Positions 36,401 through 49,750 of a stretch of DNA of 64,000 nucleotides are shown here, piece after piece. Each line of letters begins with the position of its first letter. Position 1 is the first letter of the stretch. The stretch is from Lytechinus pictus (taxonomy: Eukaryota): positions 14,818,001 through 14,882,000 of the forward strand of contig NC_087263.1 in NCBI RefSeq assembly GCF_037042905.1, given 5' to 3'. Below the pieces are notes generated by a model. It did no database searches, was not told the DNA's origin, and saw nothing but the letters and a program-made list of their open reading frames with translations. Position numbers and translations under genes: made by a program.

Positions 36401-38615
36401 TGCCCTTTTTCATAAAATAATTAAAACAGAGTTGTTATAAGCGGCAGAATAGAGCTGAAAAAAGCTTTACAACTTGAAATTTCAAAATTTTCCGAGCCGC
36501 TAGCTCGCGGAATATAGCTTATGATGGGGTGTCCAAACTTTTCAAAAATATTCATCAGGCTTAATTTTTTTCACAAAATATTCATAATTTATACAAAACC
36601 AGTAGAAGTAGTTACCACATTGACGGCAAGATCGTAAACTATAAAATCATGGACGAAAATGTAAATTAGGTCAAGGGGATTCGCCGGTATCGCGATCTCA
36701 AAATTCTATTCCGATCGGCGAATGCGCGCTGTGCTGGAAAACCGTTCAGAAAAAGTGTGACCTAACTTCGCGGACCAAAGTTTTTGTGGACTAAATGTCC
36801 AAAAGGGAAATATTTGTATCAGATTGATGGCAAAATGCTATAGAATCGGTTAGTACCACATTTAACTCACATTTTTGATGATTTCAGCTTGCAAAATGGT
36901 GATATCGTAATGCTTGTTGAAAATATCAGATTTCTTCAAAACGGGCGCTAACGGTGACAAATTTGCCGATCTTTTGCCAATATTTTCATGAATACTGAAC
37001 TCATCCTAAATAAACTTACACCAAAGGATGATTTTAGGGTCGCTTTTCACGTTGATGATGTCAGATTTTAAGAATATTGGCTAGTTTTTTTGATAATGAC
37101 CGTCCGCGAAGTTTGGACACGCGCGAAGTTTGGACTCACTGCCATACATGTATGTTATATTTAATATTCAGATATCCACCTCGAAAAGGTTTTGCTCATT
37201 TGCTTATACATTACCACGAAAAAGATAGCTACGTCTATCATATTAAAGCGGAATGTGATTGTGAAAATCTGTTTTCCTCCAATTCCACTTTTGACATAGG
37301 TGTTGTTTTTGACAAATGAAATACAATTTTCTAAACTTAACGTTATAACAATCTAGTGCTTATCATCTGAAGGCCTAATCCTCCCCCTTAAGGTTGGATT
37401 TCGTTATTGGATTGTAATTTTATGAGGGGGGGGGGGCATTATCAGGGGCGGTCCAGCTTTCGCCAATTGATAGGGGGCCGCCGAAACAAATTTCACCCAT
37501 ATTTCCCCCCGATCGGCCGCACAAAGATGATTTTTGTTTCTTTCTTGGAAGGGGTAGTCCTAACAGTCACTTCTTAGCTTTATTCTTATAAAACAACATA
37601 AATATATAATAATCTCATACGCCCTATTTAGTCAGTGCGAGCGCGAAGCGCGAGCTGATTTTTTTGTTGTTGTAATTTCATGCATTTTGTCCTGAAAATT
37701 GAACATTCTAATTGCGGGGCTCCTAAAGCAAAAAGCCGAGAAAATATTGCTATGTATCAAACATTTAGCTTTACTTAAGTAAGCCTTGAATACCCTCTGG
37801 TAAAGGAGGGTTCCCAGCTAAAAGCGGGGCTCCTTGCAAAAAGCCGGGAAAACATTGCGATGTATTATAAACTTGCCCACTGATGATGGTATAAGTGTCT
37901 TAAGCAGTTTGACATGACTGTCTCCCTCTTCTGCCCTCTGATTTCATCATTTTGTGGGTTTTTTTTTTACTGGTCTCCCTCCCTCTTAATATTGGATTTT
38001 GCATCCTGTCTGAGAATGTCCTGCATCTTGAGCATATTTTCTACTCCACTTGGACTGATCTAACTCACGCTTTGGCAGGGTCAACTCAATTCATCCTATG
38101 CAGTCCCACCTATTCATCTTCAAGTTTGGCGGGAACATTTCTTCAACTCCAGTCAGAACACTATAACAACTGTCTGGGCTTCAAGCTACTACAAGTTCTA
38201 CACTCATCCCAGTGGTGGTAACTACAACTGTATCTGCGTGCTGCATGTATCCTGCATATTTATACTTTTCTAGCTCTCCTCATAATATTGCATGCTTTGC
38301 TGTGTCTACGTTAGTGATGTAGATCTACATGTAACTGCATCCACTGGCTTATATGTCAACCTGTCATCATGTGGCTTGACTCGAGCTAGTCTGCAGACAC
38401 AGACCCTGATTGAAAATTTGAACAACAAGTGTGTCTCCACGCAAAGACTAGCACATGCAAAACTTGCTGTTTGAGCAATAGGGAGTAGGCTGCAATTCAG
38501 ACCCTTTACTCATCTGCAAGAATCTTCAATCCTGAAGGAGGCAGATTTAACCTGAAGAAGAAGAAGAAGAGTGAAGGGTTTGCACAGCAGACTAGGCTTG
38601 AGTTATGTCGACCTA

Positions 38616-39950
38616 GGGTGCGTTTATCCGCCACTTTTTCACCCTAGAATCATGATCTGAATCATGATTCAAATCACGATTCTGCAGAATCACGATTGCG
38701 TTTAGTCGAAATTGAATATAATCATGATTAGAATCACAAACATGGCTGCGTTTATCCGACCTCAAGCCAGAATCGTGATTTGAATCATGATTGGAATCAT
38801 GATTCAAATCACAAACATGAATCACAATTACTACAGAATCAGGGTTTAGACGACCTTCGTTCCAACGCTGTTTCTCCTCGGATTCGGACCGATCCAGTGC
38901 GCATCACAGTGCGCAGTTTGACCCAGGAAGTATAGGTCAACGTTGGACACTTAATTGGAGGTCGGCGACGTACATGTGATGTGACAACGTGGGGCGCGCG
39001 CCTTGGCAAGAACCGGAAATAGCTCGACACAATGACGTCATATAATCATGATTCAAATCACGATATCGTTTATCCGAACATTTTCGTACGTGATTCTGCA
39101 GAAACGTCTTTCCAAACGCCCTTTTTTTCGTAGTTCATGTTTGTGATTCTAATCATGATTATATTCAATTTCGACTAAACGCAATCGTGATTCTGCAGAA
39201 TCGTGATTTGAATCATGATTGGAATCATGATTATAGGGTAAAAAAGTGGCGGATAAACGCACCCTATGAACTACGAAAAAAGGGGCGTTTGGAAAGACGT
39301 TTCTACAGAATCACGTATGAAAATGTTCGAATAAACGATATCGTGATTTGAATCATGATTATATGACCTCACTGTGTCGGGCTACTTTCGGTTTGACTCT
39401 TGCCAAGCTCAAGGCTCTCTATATGCTCATTGTATGTACATGGTTACTCTGCATGCATTTCTTGTCATGTTCAAGTTCTGTGTTGGTCATCGCATCGTCC
39501 ACTACTTTTCATTTTTTGGTCATGTCTTCAACTTCAAGTTCTAGTGAATGAATTAACTGGACAGACAATGATCTCAGTTGTTGTTGAGTATAGAGTGTTA
39601 ATATTAAATTGGATCTACGCTGAAATTCACTTCCGAACACCATTTTGGATAAACTAACAAGATGAATAGAAGCATATGGACCCTATAGAAGTAAACAAAA
39701 TTAGGTATAGACTGAATTCTGGAAGCAAAAGATTTTTCGAGAGCCGAAACACGTGCGAAAAACTTCCTCTGTCAAACTGCGCACTAGTGATGCGCACTGG
39801 ATTGGCCCGAATCTGAGGAGAAACAGCATTGTAATGAAGGTCGTCTAAACGCTGATTCTGTGACATCGTGATTCATGTTTGTGTTTTGAATCATGATTCA
39901 AATCATGATTCAAATCATGATTCTGGCTTGAGGTCGCATAAACGCAGCCT
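38616..39950. mobile_element. nested pair of same-family MITEs rich in aatcatgatt motifs
   Basis: inner element 38743-39264 (ggctgcgtttatccg / cggataaacgcaccc) inside an oppositely oriented outer copy. Confidence 0.75.
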
Positions 39951-40210
39951 AAGTCAGTGCCTGCCTGCTAAAAAGTGCTAGTACCTGTGTTGTGAGTGTC
40001 CGCCTCTTTATTGTCTCGATCCCTTGCTTCATTCTTGTGCCAAGTTCTGCCATCCTTCATCCACCCTTCCTGCATGCTCAATTTATGATTTATTATTATT
40101 ATCTATGTCTATACCATCACCCTCCTTGTATTATTTTTTTTCACCTCCATATGCCATTTCAGTGCTGAACTACCTGCTCAGTGGATTTCTGACTCCGTAC
40201 TCAACCTTAA

Positions 40211-40794
40211 AGGGATGGTCCAGGCTGAAACTATTTATATATAAATTCACAGAGCAAAATGCTGAAAATTTCACCAAAATCGGATAACAAATAACGAAGT
40301 TATTGAATGTCAAATTTATCAACATTATGTGAAAACAGTTATATTGCACATCATCATGAATATTCATTAGGTGGGCTGATGATGTCATATCCCCACTTTC
40401 CTTTTTCTTATGTTATTGCATGAAATCATAAATGTTTCATTTTTTCATACGTGTGTAAATGATGTGTCTCCATTATGATGAAATAAGTTGCGGCAATAAA
40501 TAACTAATGCACTTTAATCAGTTGTCAATTCAATTGTTTTAGTTCTTGGTATAATTTTTTTTATGAACCTAATTTCATATAATAAAATACAAAACAACTA
40601 TTGGGGATATGACATCATCAGCCCACCTAATGAATATTCATAAAGACATGCCAAGAACTGTTTCATGGTCAATGCAAATCTTTAAAATTCAATAAATTCG
40701 TTATTATCCGATTTTGATCAAATTTTCAGCATTTTGCTCTGTGAATTTTACTCTATTTATTGAGATATTAATATATCCAGCCTGTACCATCCCT
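40211..40794. mobile_element. Kolobok-like MITE, same family as 20782-21363
   Basis: TTAA|agggatggtccaggctg ... cagcctgtaccatccct. Confidence 0.85.
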
Positions 40795-42004
40795 GTAATG
40801 TGTGTACATACGTGCTCTTATTGAGTGTATTCCCTCTCAGAGTCATACTGTATGCTCAAGCCGTGCACATGTAACCGTACTGGCCCTGCCTGTACAATAA
40901 GCCAGTTCACGGTTAGCTCATGATCAACTTTTCTCAAATGACCTTTGTGATTTTTCATTAGGATAAGCACTATCATTTCCAAATGTAGATGTTGCTTAAG
41001 CTTTACCGGTAGAGTATTCAAATTCTAAGAGCAAATGGCATTGTATAGACCAGGTGACTAGAATAGTACATCAGGGATAAAGTTTGGAAATCTGTTTTAT
41101 TGTCTGCCTTTGGCACATTTGACTATTGTTTAGGCTACTGTCAAATACCAGTGATTATGAAGGCTCTATTTATTACTCTTCAGCTTGGATGATATAAAAT
41201 GAATATTTTGAAAGGAATACATGAATAATCATCAAATCACAAATGCCTATGTCAGTGAATTTGAAAGCCACCTTCATGGTTTATCTCAAATGACCTTTTT
41301 CTGCTCGTGCGCAGTTTACAACCGTGAACAGGCTTATTGCCTACATGTACCTCACATAACTTCTTTATCGTGTTTATCACCTTGTACATGTACTTGCTGT
41401 ACCTGTGTACTAGTGACATTCTTAATACTGAAGAACATATTACCAAGTACTGTATAACCTTTCACACCCTCATTCTCTTAATTTGCCACCCCTCGCACCA
41501 AAATTGCTCAAAAAAGGTTGATTCTTGACAAAGCTGGATCAGCGTACATGCTTCAAGGAAACCAAATCCCAAGAAGAGAAGCAATCTTATTGGAAAGAAT
41601 AAAACAAGAGGAACAATTTAAAACAAGTTTCATCAAAATCGATTATGAAATAGGCAAGTTATGGATGTTTGAAAAATCTTGTTGTACTTTCTATGGGTAT
41701 CCTCAAATTGGCAAACATGCTTCAAATTGGCTGATTTTGTGGTCAAATTTTCAGATTTTCCCCTTTATTTTACATATTTCACATCATTTTCTCCTGACCT
41801 TGACATATGTGGTGTGAATTATATTTTCCCATGACATATATGTTAGGCCCAGAAGGAGGCAAGATGCAATTTGAAAGATGGGGAAAATCTGAAAAACTGT
41901 GTACAAAACAAATGGAGAGTTGTCCACAAAATCAGCCATTTTGAAGCATGTTTGCCAATATCAGGATCCCTATAGAAAGTACAAGATCTTTTAATTCATC
42001 TGTG

Positions 42005-45000
42005 AAAATGGTCTAGCCAGTCTCCTACACGATGCCGGCTAAAAGGAGCTGTATACCTTCATGACAGATGATGGTTCGCGCACCTCTTTGATTGATGGTT
42101 TCTTAGTACCAGCTCACTCTTCCAGCCTCTTCAGCAAACAAGCAACCCTTAAAGAGCATCCACTTAACACATCTGACCATCGGTCAGTTCTTGTATCACT
42201 TCACCCTCCTCACCAATCTGGTATAGTCTTCTCCTCATCATCCTCTGTTCCCATTGCTGAAGGAATTCAACGAATTTCCATCTCTTGGCCCTCTGACTCT
42301 GCTATCATCCGAGATAAATATACCATCCCTCTTGATTCCATGTCCTCCAAGATCTTTCTCAGGTTCGACTCTCTGGAGCTTTCCCCCATAGACATTGACT
42401 CCATCTTCAATATCCCCCAGAAGAATATGCTTACTCTCTCTCTTGAACTTCCCCACAAAGTTAATTCAAAGAAGATGTCTGGCAAACAAGAATGGTCACA
42501 CGCTGTGAGAGAAGCGTACGCCATCTCCCTCTCTACCTGGAAAGCGTGGAGGAATGACGGCAAACCCACAGAAAACAACAACTTACTCAGATCCAAGTAA
42601 CTTGCTGCCAAGAAGAACTTCTGCAAATCCCTTAGGCAGTCCTCTGCTAAGGTTAAACTCAACAAAAGACTGGAGATTGAAGGTACCCAATCTCGTAACG
42701 CTCATATTTTCTAGTCAACAAGCGAAAATCAAGTAATGCTCCAACTCAAGATCTAGCCTACTAAGAGTATGACAACACACGCTTCACAGGAGAGCAGGTC
42801 ATTCAAGGATGGCATAGATACTTCTCCATGCTCTCTGCCTGCTCTCTCAACCCACCTGAAATTCATGTAGAAGACCCAGACATCAATCATTCCCCCTCCG
42901 CCTCCTCCCAGTCCCCTAGTCCCTGTCACTCCAATGTAGCTTCCTTGTCACACTCCCCCCCCCCCTCCATTCAGGTACCACCTCCACTCAACAAGTTACT
43001 CTAAACCTGGAAGATTTAGACAATGCAATATCCTTACTCAGACTCAAGAAAGCCCCTGGATCGGATAGCATTACCTCCAATCATGTCAAGCATTCAGGAC
43101 CTATTACCCGCAGACTGCTTCTACTTCTCATTCTATCTTGCATCAGAATTTGATACTTCTCCTCCTCTCTGAAAGATGCCCTCGTTTATTCCCTTGCACA
43201 AAGGCAAAGGTTAACCCATACATGATCCATCTAGTTACCGGGGTATCTCCCTTACCTCGTGCATGTCCAAACTGCTGGAGAATGTTCTGAACCCCCATAT
43301 TGAAATGCCTCTCTCTTCTGTCAATGTTCGGGATGAGCTACAATTCGGGTTCCAGCCAGGAAAGTCGTGTACTCTACTTCTCTCGCCCTCAAACTCTCAA
43401 TCGAACTCAATATGTCTGCTATGAACCCTATCTATCTTGCCCTCTGGATGCAAATAAAGCCTTCGACTCAGTTTCTCATAGTGGCCTCTTCTCAAAACTT
43501 CAAGACACACCAATTCCAACCTCTGTACAATCTACTTTGAACGCCCTCTACCAAGGTGCTTCAAGCCATGTCACCTGGAATGGTTCTGTCAGTTCCTTCA
43601 TTCCATTAAACAAGGGTGTCAGACAAGGAGGAATACTCTCTCCCACTTTGTACAACGTATTCGTTGATGACCTCATCAAGACTCTCCGAGACAAGGGGCT
43701 TGCCTGCACCTTTCAGAATCGATACGCATGTGTAATAATCCTTGCTGATGATGTTGCCCTTCTCGCAAGTTCTCCCACTGAACTTCAGCAAATGCTGAAT
43801 GTCAAAGATGAATATGCCTCTCATTGGGAATACTCTATCCCTCCAAAAGTGCCATCCTCATCTTCAAGTCAAAGCGCAGCATCCACCCATCCTGCCAATT
43901 CTTCATTGACGATGACAGAATCATAGAGGTCTCTCATCATCTCACCTTGACATCACCAATCAACCATCTCTTATGACCACACTCAACACAAAATCACCAA
44001 GGGATACAACACCCTCTTCGCCATCATCGGTAGCAACAGCAGCAATAACCTCTTCCTCCCCCACACCCTTGTGAAGCTCTGGAAAACTTTCTGCCTACCC
44101 CGAATGACGTATTGCTCACAGCTCCTGTGTTTCACTCAATCAACAAACTTGATTCTGCCCAACATTCCCTTTTCAAGAAACTCTTGGGCCTACCGAGATC
44201 TGCCCCCAATATCTTTATCTTCCTGTTAACCGACCTACTTCACCTCTTCCGCGAGATTGAACTGAACACTTTCCTTCTGATAGGACAGCCCTTCAACATT
44301 GATCATAGTAGATTTGAATTTCACTCATTCCTCCATGCCCTCTCCACCAGACTCCTACTATCATCTATTGGAATAAGCTGCTCTGAGTACAACCTTCCCT
44401 CACTCACCTCTCTCATATCTGAAGATTTCTCATACAACCGCTGGAAAACTCTGTGCAGGAGTAAAGTGTATGATACCCAAATGGAAGAAGCCAGAGTGTG
44501 CATTGAGAAATTCTCATCCCTCAGCCTATGGAGTAACCTCTCAATGCTTCCCAAGATATCGTTACTATACCCTTCTTCACTACCAACCCATCTTCGATCA
44601 GCTGTGATTTTACGTGCTCAGCTGCTTACGTCCACTTATCCCACACAACGACGCATAGTCACCACCGGGAAGAGCCCAGACCCAACCTGCAAGCTCTGCT
44701 CTCTAGAGGAAGAAACCACTACCCACTTTCTTGCCTCATGTCCAGTCTTCTTGGCGCAGCGTCTGGACCTACTACATCATGTTGAGAACCTTGACTTGCC
44801 TGCATTCATCCTCAATGATTTCACTGGAAATGACCCCCCTCATCCTCGCATCCTCCATCCTCTTCCCCTCACACTCCCTGCCCTCCTCCTCTGCTTCCTC
44901 TTTGACATGTCACTGCTTAAGATGCATCTTAAAAATTCTCATGTCGACAGCACCATCTAGAAAAGACCTGAATTCTTTAACACTCTGCGGCTTGCCGCCG

Positions 45001-45035
45001 ATCTCCGAAGACCGGAGGAAGGAAATTAACAAGTA
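42005..45035 (+). mobile_element. 5'-truncated, decayed non-LTR retrotransposon (end of APE, RT, C-terminal CCHC knuckle)
   Basis: fragments SLIDGFLV..TSDH, KAPGSDSI, SYRGISLTSCMSKLLE, LQFGFQPGKSC, LDANKAFDSV, GVRQGGILSPTLYNVFVDDL, LADDVAL, CKLCSLEEETTTHFLASC; several frameshifts and stops. Confidence 0.93.
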
Positions 45036-45169
45036 CTAGTTTGTGATCGTAAACAAGATGCATAATAACATATTTACCGCGAGCGTGATCTGGCCTGATC
45101 GAAAAGAGGCCTGTTAAGGACTGTTTGCAGTTATCCATAAAGACGATACATATTTGACAATTAAATAAT

Positions 45170-47075
45170 GCAAACGCGAAGCGCGAGCTGATAATTTTTG
45201 ACATTCCGACCTAAAAATTGACATTCTAAGCACTTTTTGTAATTTTGAACGGGATAGATATATAACTATACAACTGATGCGAGCGCGAAGCGCGAGCGAA
45301 AAAAAAAATGAAATTCTGACCTAAAAACGGGACACTCTATTCATGTTTTGTAAATTATGAAATGGATGGATAGTTGGTCATCTTCCTACAGTAATAATGC
45401 GAGCGCAAAGCTCGAGTAGAATTTTTTTGATATTCTGATCTGAAACTGATAACTGAAGCTAACTTAAGCACGTTTTAAATAATGAACCAGCTGCGTATCT
45501 CAATAAACATGCGTGCGCATGTTTTACATTTAGACTTAGAATCTGGGCATTCTGATTATATTTATTTATCATGAAAATCACTAATGCAAGTGCGAAGCGT
45601 GAGCTCAAAATATTTTATATTCCGATCTGAAAAAAAAGATCAAATTAAGCACTACAGCGCGTCCCCCAAAAAATGTCCCTCTGATATAGGACTGAATTAA
45701 TTCTAAAATGTGGTAGTATTCTCAAATAAATGTTCATGAGTAGAAAGCTCATTTCATGATCTAACTTCTATGAAAATGTCATTGGTCTCGCTTCAGCGGT
45801 TTTGAATACACACTCTAGTTACGTAACAGTGGTGCTTTTTAGCCCATTCCAAGTTTGCAGCGTTGATGCATATCTGCATTGTCTATGGCATGTTAACCCC
45901 CATTTTTACATCCAGGATCTGAGCAGGGACATTTCCCTAATCATATCCAGGCTCATCAAATTATAAATTTGGGCATGTTCAGAAGGGCAAGAAATATAAA
46001 AAAATCAAGTTTTTTAATGATTGATAAGGGGAATCAGTGCACCAACTTGAAAGAAAATGTGAATGATGGATGAGTAAAATAAGCTAAAAAATAAAGGGGA
46101 ATCCGCAAGTTAAACACCCTTTGCAAAAAAGGAACTTTACCAGATAAAAAAATTACTTTTTTTTCTTTTAAAAAGTTACATTGAATTAACTTGACCACAG
46201 TAGCTTATTAACTAAAAAAACATTAATAAAAACAAAAATGCAGTATTAGGCATGAATTAGGCATGAAACAGACATGACCCGTTGTCTTAATCATTGTGCA
46301 TCTCCCATTTTCAAACATGATATGAGCTGTAAAATATTGTTTTTGCCCTTCGAAACATGCTCAAGGTTGTGATTTGATGAGCCTGGTTAGATCATGGAGA
46401 TTTCCCTGGTCAGATCAGGGAATTCCTTGGTCAGAATGGTCAAAGGGGGTTGATATGCTAGAAAGTGCAGAACACACAGTAGTGCTGCATGCATGCAAAC
46501 TTGGAATGGGCTGAAAAGCACCACTTTTACATAATAGACTGTGTATTCAAAACCACTGAAGCGAGACCAATGAAATTTTTTTAGAAGTTAGAACATGAGA
46601 TGAGCTTCCTAGTTAAATACATTTCATTGAGAATAATGTTTATATTTTGAAGTAATTTAGCCCCATATAAGAGGGACATTTTTTTTGGGACGCGCTGTAT
46701 GTTAGAAAATTGTGAAGTGGATAGCACTTAAGAAATGATGCGAGCGCGTACCTAGGACCAGGACATTCAAAGGACATTTTGTCATCTTTTGAAAATGATG
46801 ACTATCTTAATTCCTATTCCTCTTCGGAAGAGCGCGATGAAACTTTTTGATATTCCATTCTGAAAAAAAGGGGACAATTATTAGGACTTCATGAAAATGT
46901 TCTATTTATTATTCTAATAAGCCTTATGAGACGAATTTTATCGATATTAAGGCCTAAAAACGTGACATTTAAACACTTTTGTAATTATGAATAGGATGCA
47001 TGGGTTAATATATTTTGAGAAATTAATGCGAACGCAAATCGCAAGCCAGTTTTTTTTTTTATAAACTGTCATTAA
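45170..47075. repeat. dispersed repeat with periodic gcgagcgcgaagcgcgagc motifs (also ~34040-34310, 37637, 54510-54860)
   Basis: motif recurs about every 100-120 bp with conserved flanks. Confidence 0.7.
45655..46697. mobile_element. Tc1/mariner-like non-autonomous element, TA target duplication
   Basis: TA|cagcgcgtccc..aaaaaatgtccctct ... agagggacattttttt..gggacgcgctg|TA, TIRs over 300 bp. Confidence 0.88.
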
Positions 47076-47741
47076 AAGTGTGAGCTGTTGCTTCCTATTT
47101 TCCGCCATGTCGAAATCGGGCTACTCTGTCTTTAGCTTACGGCTTAGCGCATTGTAATTATGGTAATCCTCCTATGCAAAGCTACTCGGCCGTTGATGGT
47201 GTGCAGGACAGAATGTCGTTGATGGGCGCGCAGGAGCTAGCGTGGTTTGCGTACATAACAGAATGCGGTGCCACTGCGAGTAGGCCTTTGGGGGTCGGGC
47301 CGGCCGTGGCGAGGCCGTAAATTAAACATGGGTATAATACCTTTTTACATTTCTTTCTGTTTTCAGCGTTTCTCTCAAGTTAAAAGGGACACCTTTTTTT
47401 TTTCTTCAAAAAAATAGGGGGCCGGCTCGCCCCCCCCCCCCCTTGGATCCGAAAATGGCATTGCAAACTCCCTGAACCTCGCTTGCAATATGGTTTGGGG
47501 CACTCATAGACGTGAGAGAATATCATAAGTTGTTTTTTATTGTCGTGTCCGTTTAAATTCACTTTTTTTCAAAAGGGGAGGGGTTCAGATGAAATAAAAT
47601 TCTTAAAATCAATACCCATCATCCAATGCTAAATTATGTTAACATAATATATCCCTTTTCCACCTCATTTTCTTTCTATTTTTGGATTCCAGAATTGACT
47701 TGCAGTGTGAAGGGGGACGTTAGTCACAAAATTATTAGGTC

Positions 47742-49750
47742 ATGGCCAGCTCCCAGAACCCTGCTCGCATCATGGTCTGGAGCACGCCGCGGTCGGTGTC
47801 GACGGCGTTCGCGCGATCGATGTCGGCTCGAGGAGACACGGAGGTGTTCTGGGAGCCATACCTGGCCTGTTATTCGTTTGGACCCGATCGGGAGATCCAC
47901 TGGGGAGATGGTATGCCAAGTAGGTTTTTGTTGATTATATAATAATAATGACAATAATGNNNNNNNNNNNNNNNNNNNNNNNNNNNNNNNNNNNNNNNNN
48001 NNNNNNNNNNNNNNNNNNNNNNNNNNNNNNNNNNNNNNNNNNNNNNNNNNNNNNNNNNNNNNNNNNNNNNNNNNNNNNNNNNNNNNNNNNNNNNNNNNNN
48101 NNNNNNNNNNNNNNNATTTATATAGCGCCATCTATCTCAAAATTTTCTATTTCGAGGCGTGTTATCATTAACATTACCCCGGCTTTAGCTCTAGCTGCCT
48201 TTCAGCGCTCATGCATTCAAGATATTAATCCTGCCGGGTACCCATTCACCTCACCTGGGTTGAGTGCAGCACAATGTGGATAAATTTCTTGCTGAAGGAA
48301 ATAACGCCATGGCTGGGATTCGAACCCATGACCCTCTGTTTCAAAGTCAGAAGACTAATCCACTGGGCCACACCGCTCCGTTCAGTCACTATAATAACTT
48401 CAGTCATTAGCGACATTACGGTGTTTTCGCTCACCACGACGTGTTCAAGAACACAGTAAATGTATTGAAAATGCCCATCAAATGACAAAGAAGAGCTGTG
48501 AGGTATTTGTCTTTGTTGAAAATTGGTGAATCAAAATTGCGGTTTCGTCCTGGGTGTGATAAGCGTTGATAATTGAGTTTACCCATTTCGTACGTTCTCT
48601 GAAAGTTTACGAATCTTTCTAAAATTGTAAGTGGTGTTTCTGACACTATTTCATTGTCAGTGCTGTTGTCGTTAAGCGACGTTATGTGACGTCTCTCCGC
48701 TCCCGCCTATAGTGCATACTCTTTGTTTCGATTCGTCACAGACCCTTTAGCTCAGTTATGTATTTCCTAAATGTTCAGTGGGGGCATCGTAGTCTAGTGG
48801 AGGCGTCGTGGTCTAGTGGTTATGATTCTCGTCTTTAAATCTAAGGGATATGGGTTCGAGTCCAATCCATGGCGTGTCTTCCTTCAGCAAGAAATTTACC
48901 CACATTTGTGCTGCACTCAACCCAGGTGATGTAACTGGGTACCTGGTAGGAATTTATCCCTTGAAACGCAGCGCGCAAAACAGCTGCTATGCTAAAGCTT
49001 GGTTAACGATATATGTTGCATTATTGTAGAGCGCTTAGAGACTTCTGATAAAGTAAGTGTTAAGCGCTATTAAGTATGATATAATCAGTGAAACATCACT
49101 TTCTATTCCCAGATATGCTGAATGACAAGTACACGTACAGTTATATCAAGGAGCTTCTAAACGCCGATTATCCGGGTGCCAAAGTCCTCTTCGTCAAGGG
49201 AATGGTCGAAGGAATCAGAGGTCACTTCGACGTCGTCGACCGTGGTTACAAGCACTCCTTTCTCATCCGACATCCAAAGAAGTCCTTCCGCTCTCTTGCG
49301 CGCATCGAGAACGACCTCAATCTCAGCCCGGTATTCAATCTCCGCACGTTCAAGGACATCTACCACGACCTAGAGAGGTTCTATCAATTCGTCCAGACGG
49401 ATTTCGGCCAGTCAGCGCCTCCCATCATCGACGCAGACGACCTGGTGACACAACCCGAGAAGATCCTACCGAAGTACTGCGAAGCAATGGGCATCGCGTA
49501 CACTCCCAAGATGCTGGACTGGGAAAGTGTCAGCGCCGATCAGCTGAACTGGCACTGCACTGACGTCGGGGACATCGCCAACCCGACTCTGAAGGACAGC
49601 ATCGTGCTATCGAATGCCATGAAAGGGAAGGGTTTTGGCAAGGCCCCCGATCCCACGAAGGAAACCTCGAGTCCCGCCATTGTGGAAGAGTGTGCAGAGC
49701 ACGCACTACCTGCATACGAAAGGCTCTACGCTCTGCGTATCCAACCATAG
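47742..49750 (+). CDS. stand-alone sulfotransferase-like P-loop protein (Sulfotransfer_5 / BCAT-like N-terminal family), exons 47742-47919 (or -47910) and 49113-49750, ~270 aa
   Basis: motifs WSTPRSVSTAF, WEPY, FVKGM, FLIRHP, PIIDADDL..PE..L..YC...G..Y...MLDW; in-frame stop just upstream of the ATG; phase-1 intron with a ttcccag acceptor. Confidence 0.88.
47960..48115. other. assembly gap (N run)
   Basis: Ns flanked by (aat)n and a SINE tail. Confidence 0.99.
48116..48379 (-). mobile_element. tRNA-derived SINE in the intron of the sulfotransferase-like gene
   Basis: head ggagcggtgtggcccagtgg..gggttcgaatccc; same family as 8950-9171. Confidence 0.85.
48780..49080 (+). mobile_element. tRNA-derived SINE with a duplicated 5' head
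   Basis: ggcatcgtagtctagtgg followed by aggcgtcgtggtctagtgg, B box ggttcgagtcc, core cccaggtga..tgggtacc. Confidence 0.8.

Noticed and set aside
43300-44960. 208-aa and 282-aa ORFs as host genes or an active retroelement
   Set aside because: They are frameshifted pieces of one decayed LINE ORF2; the catalytic motif reads LADD and there are multiple stops.
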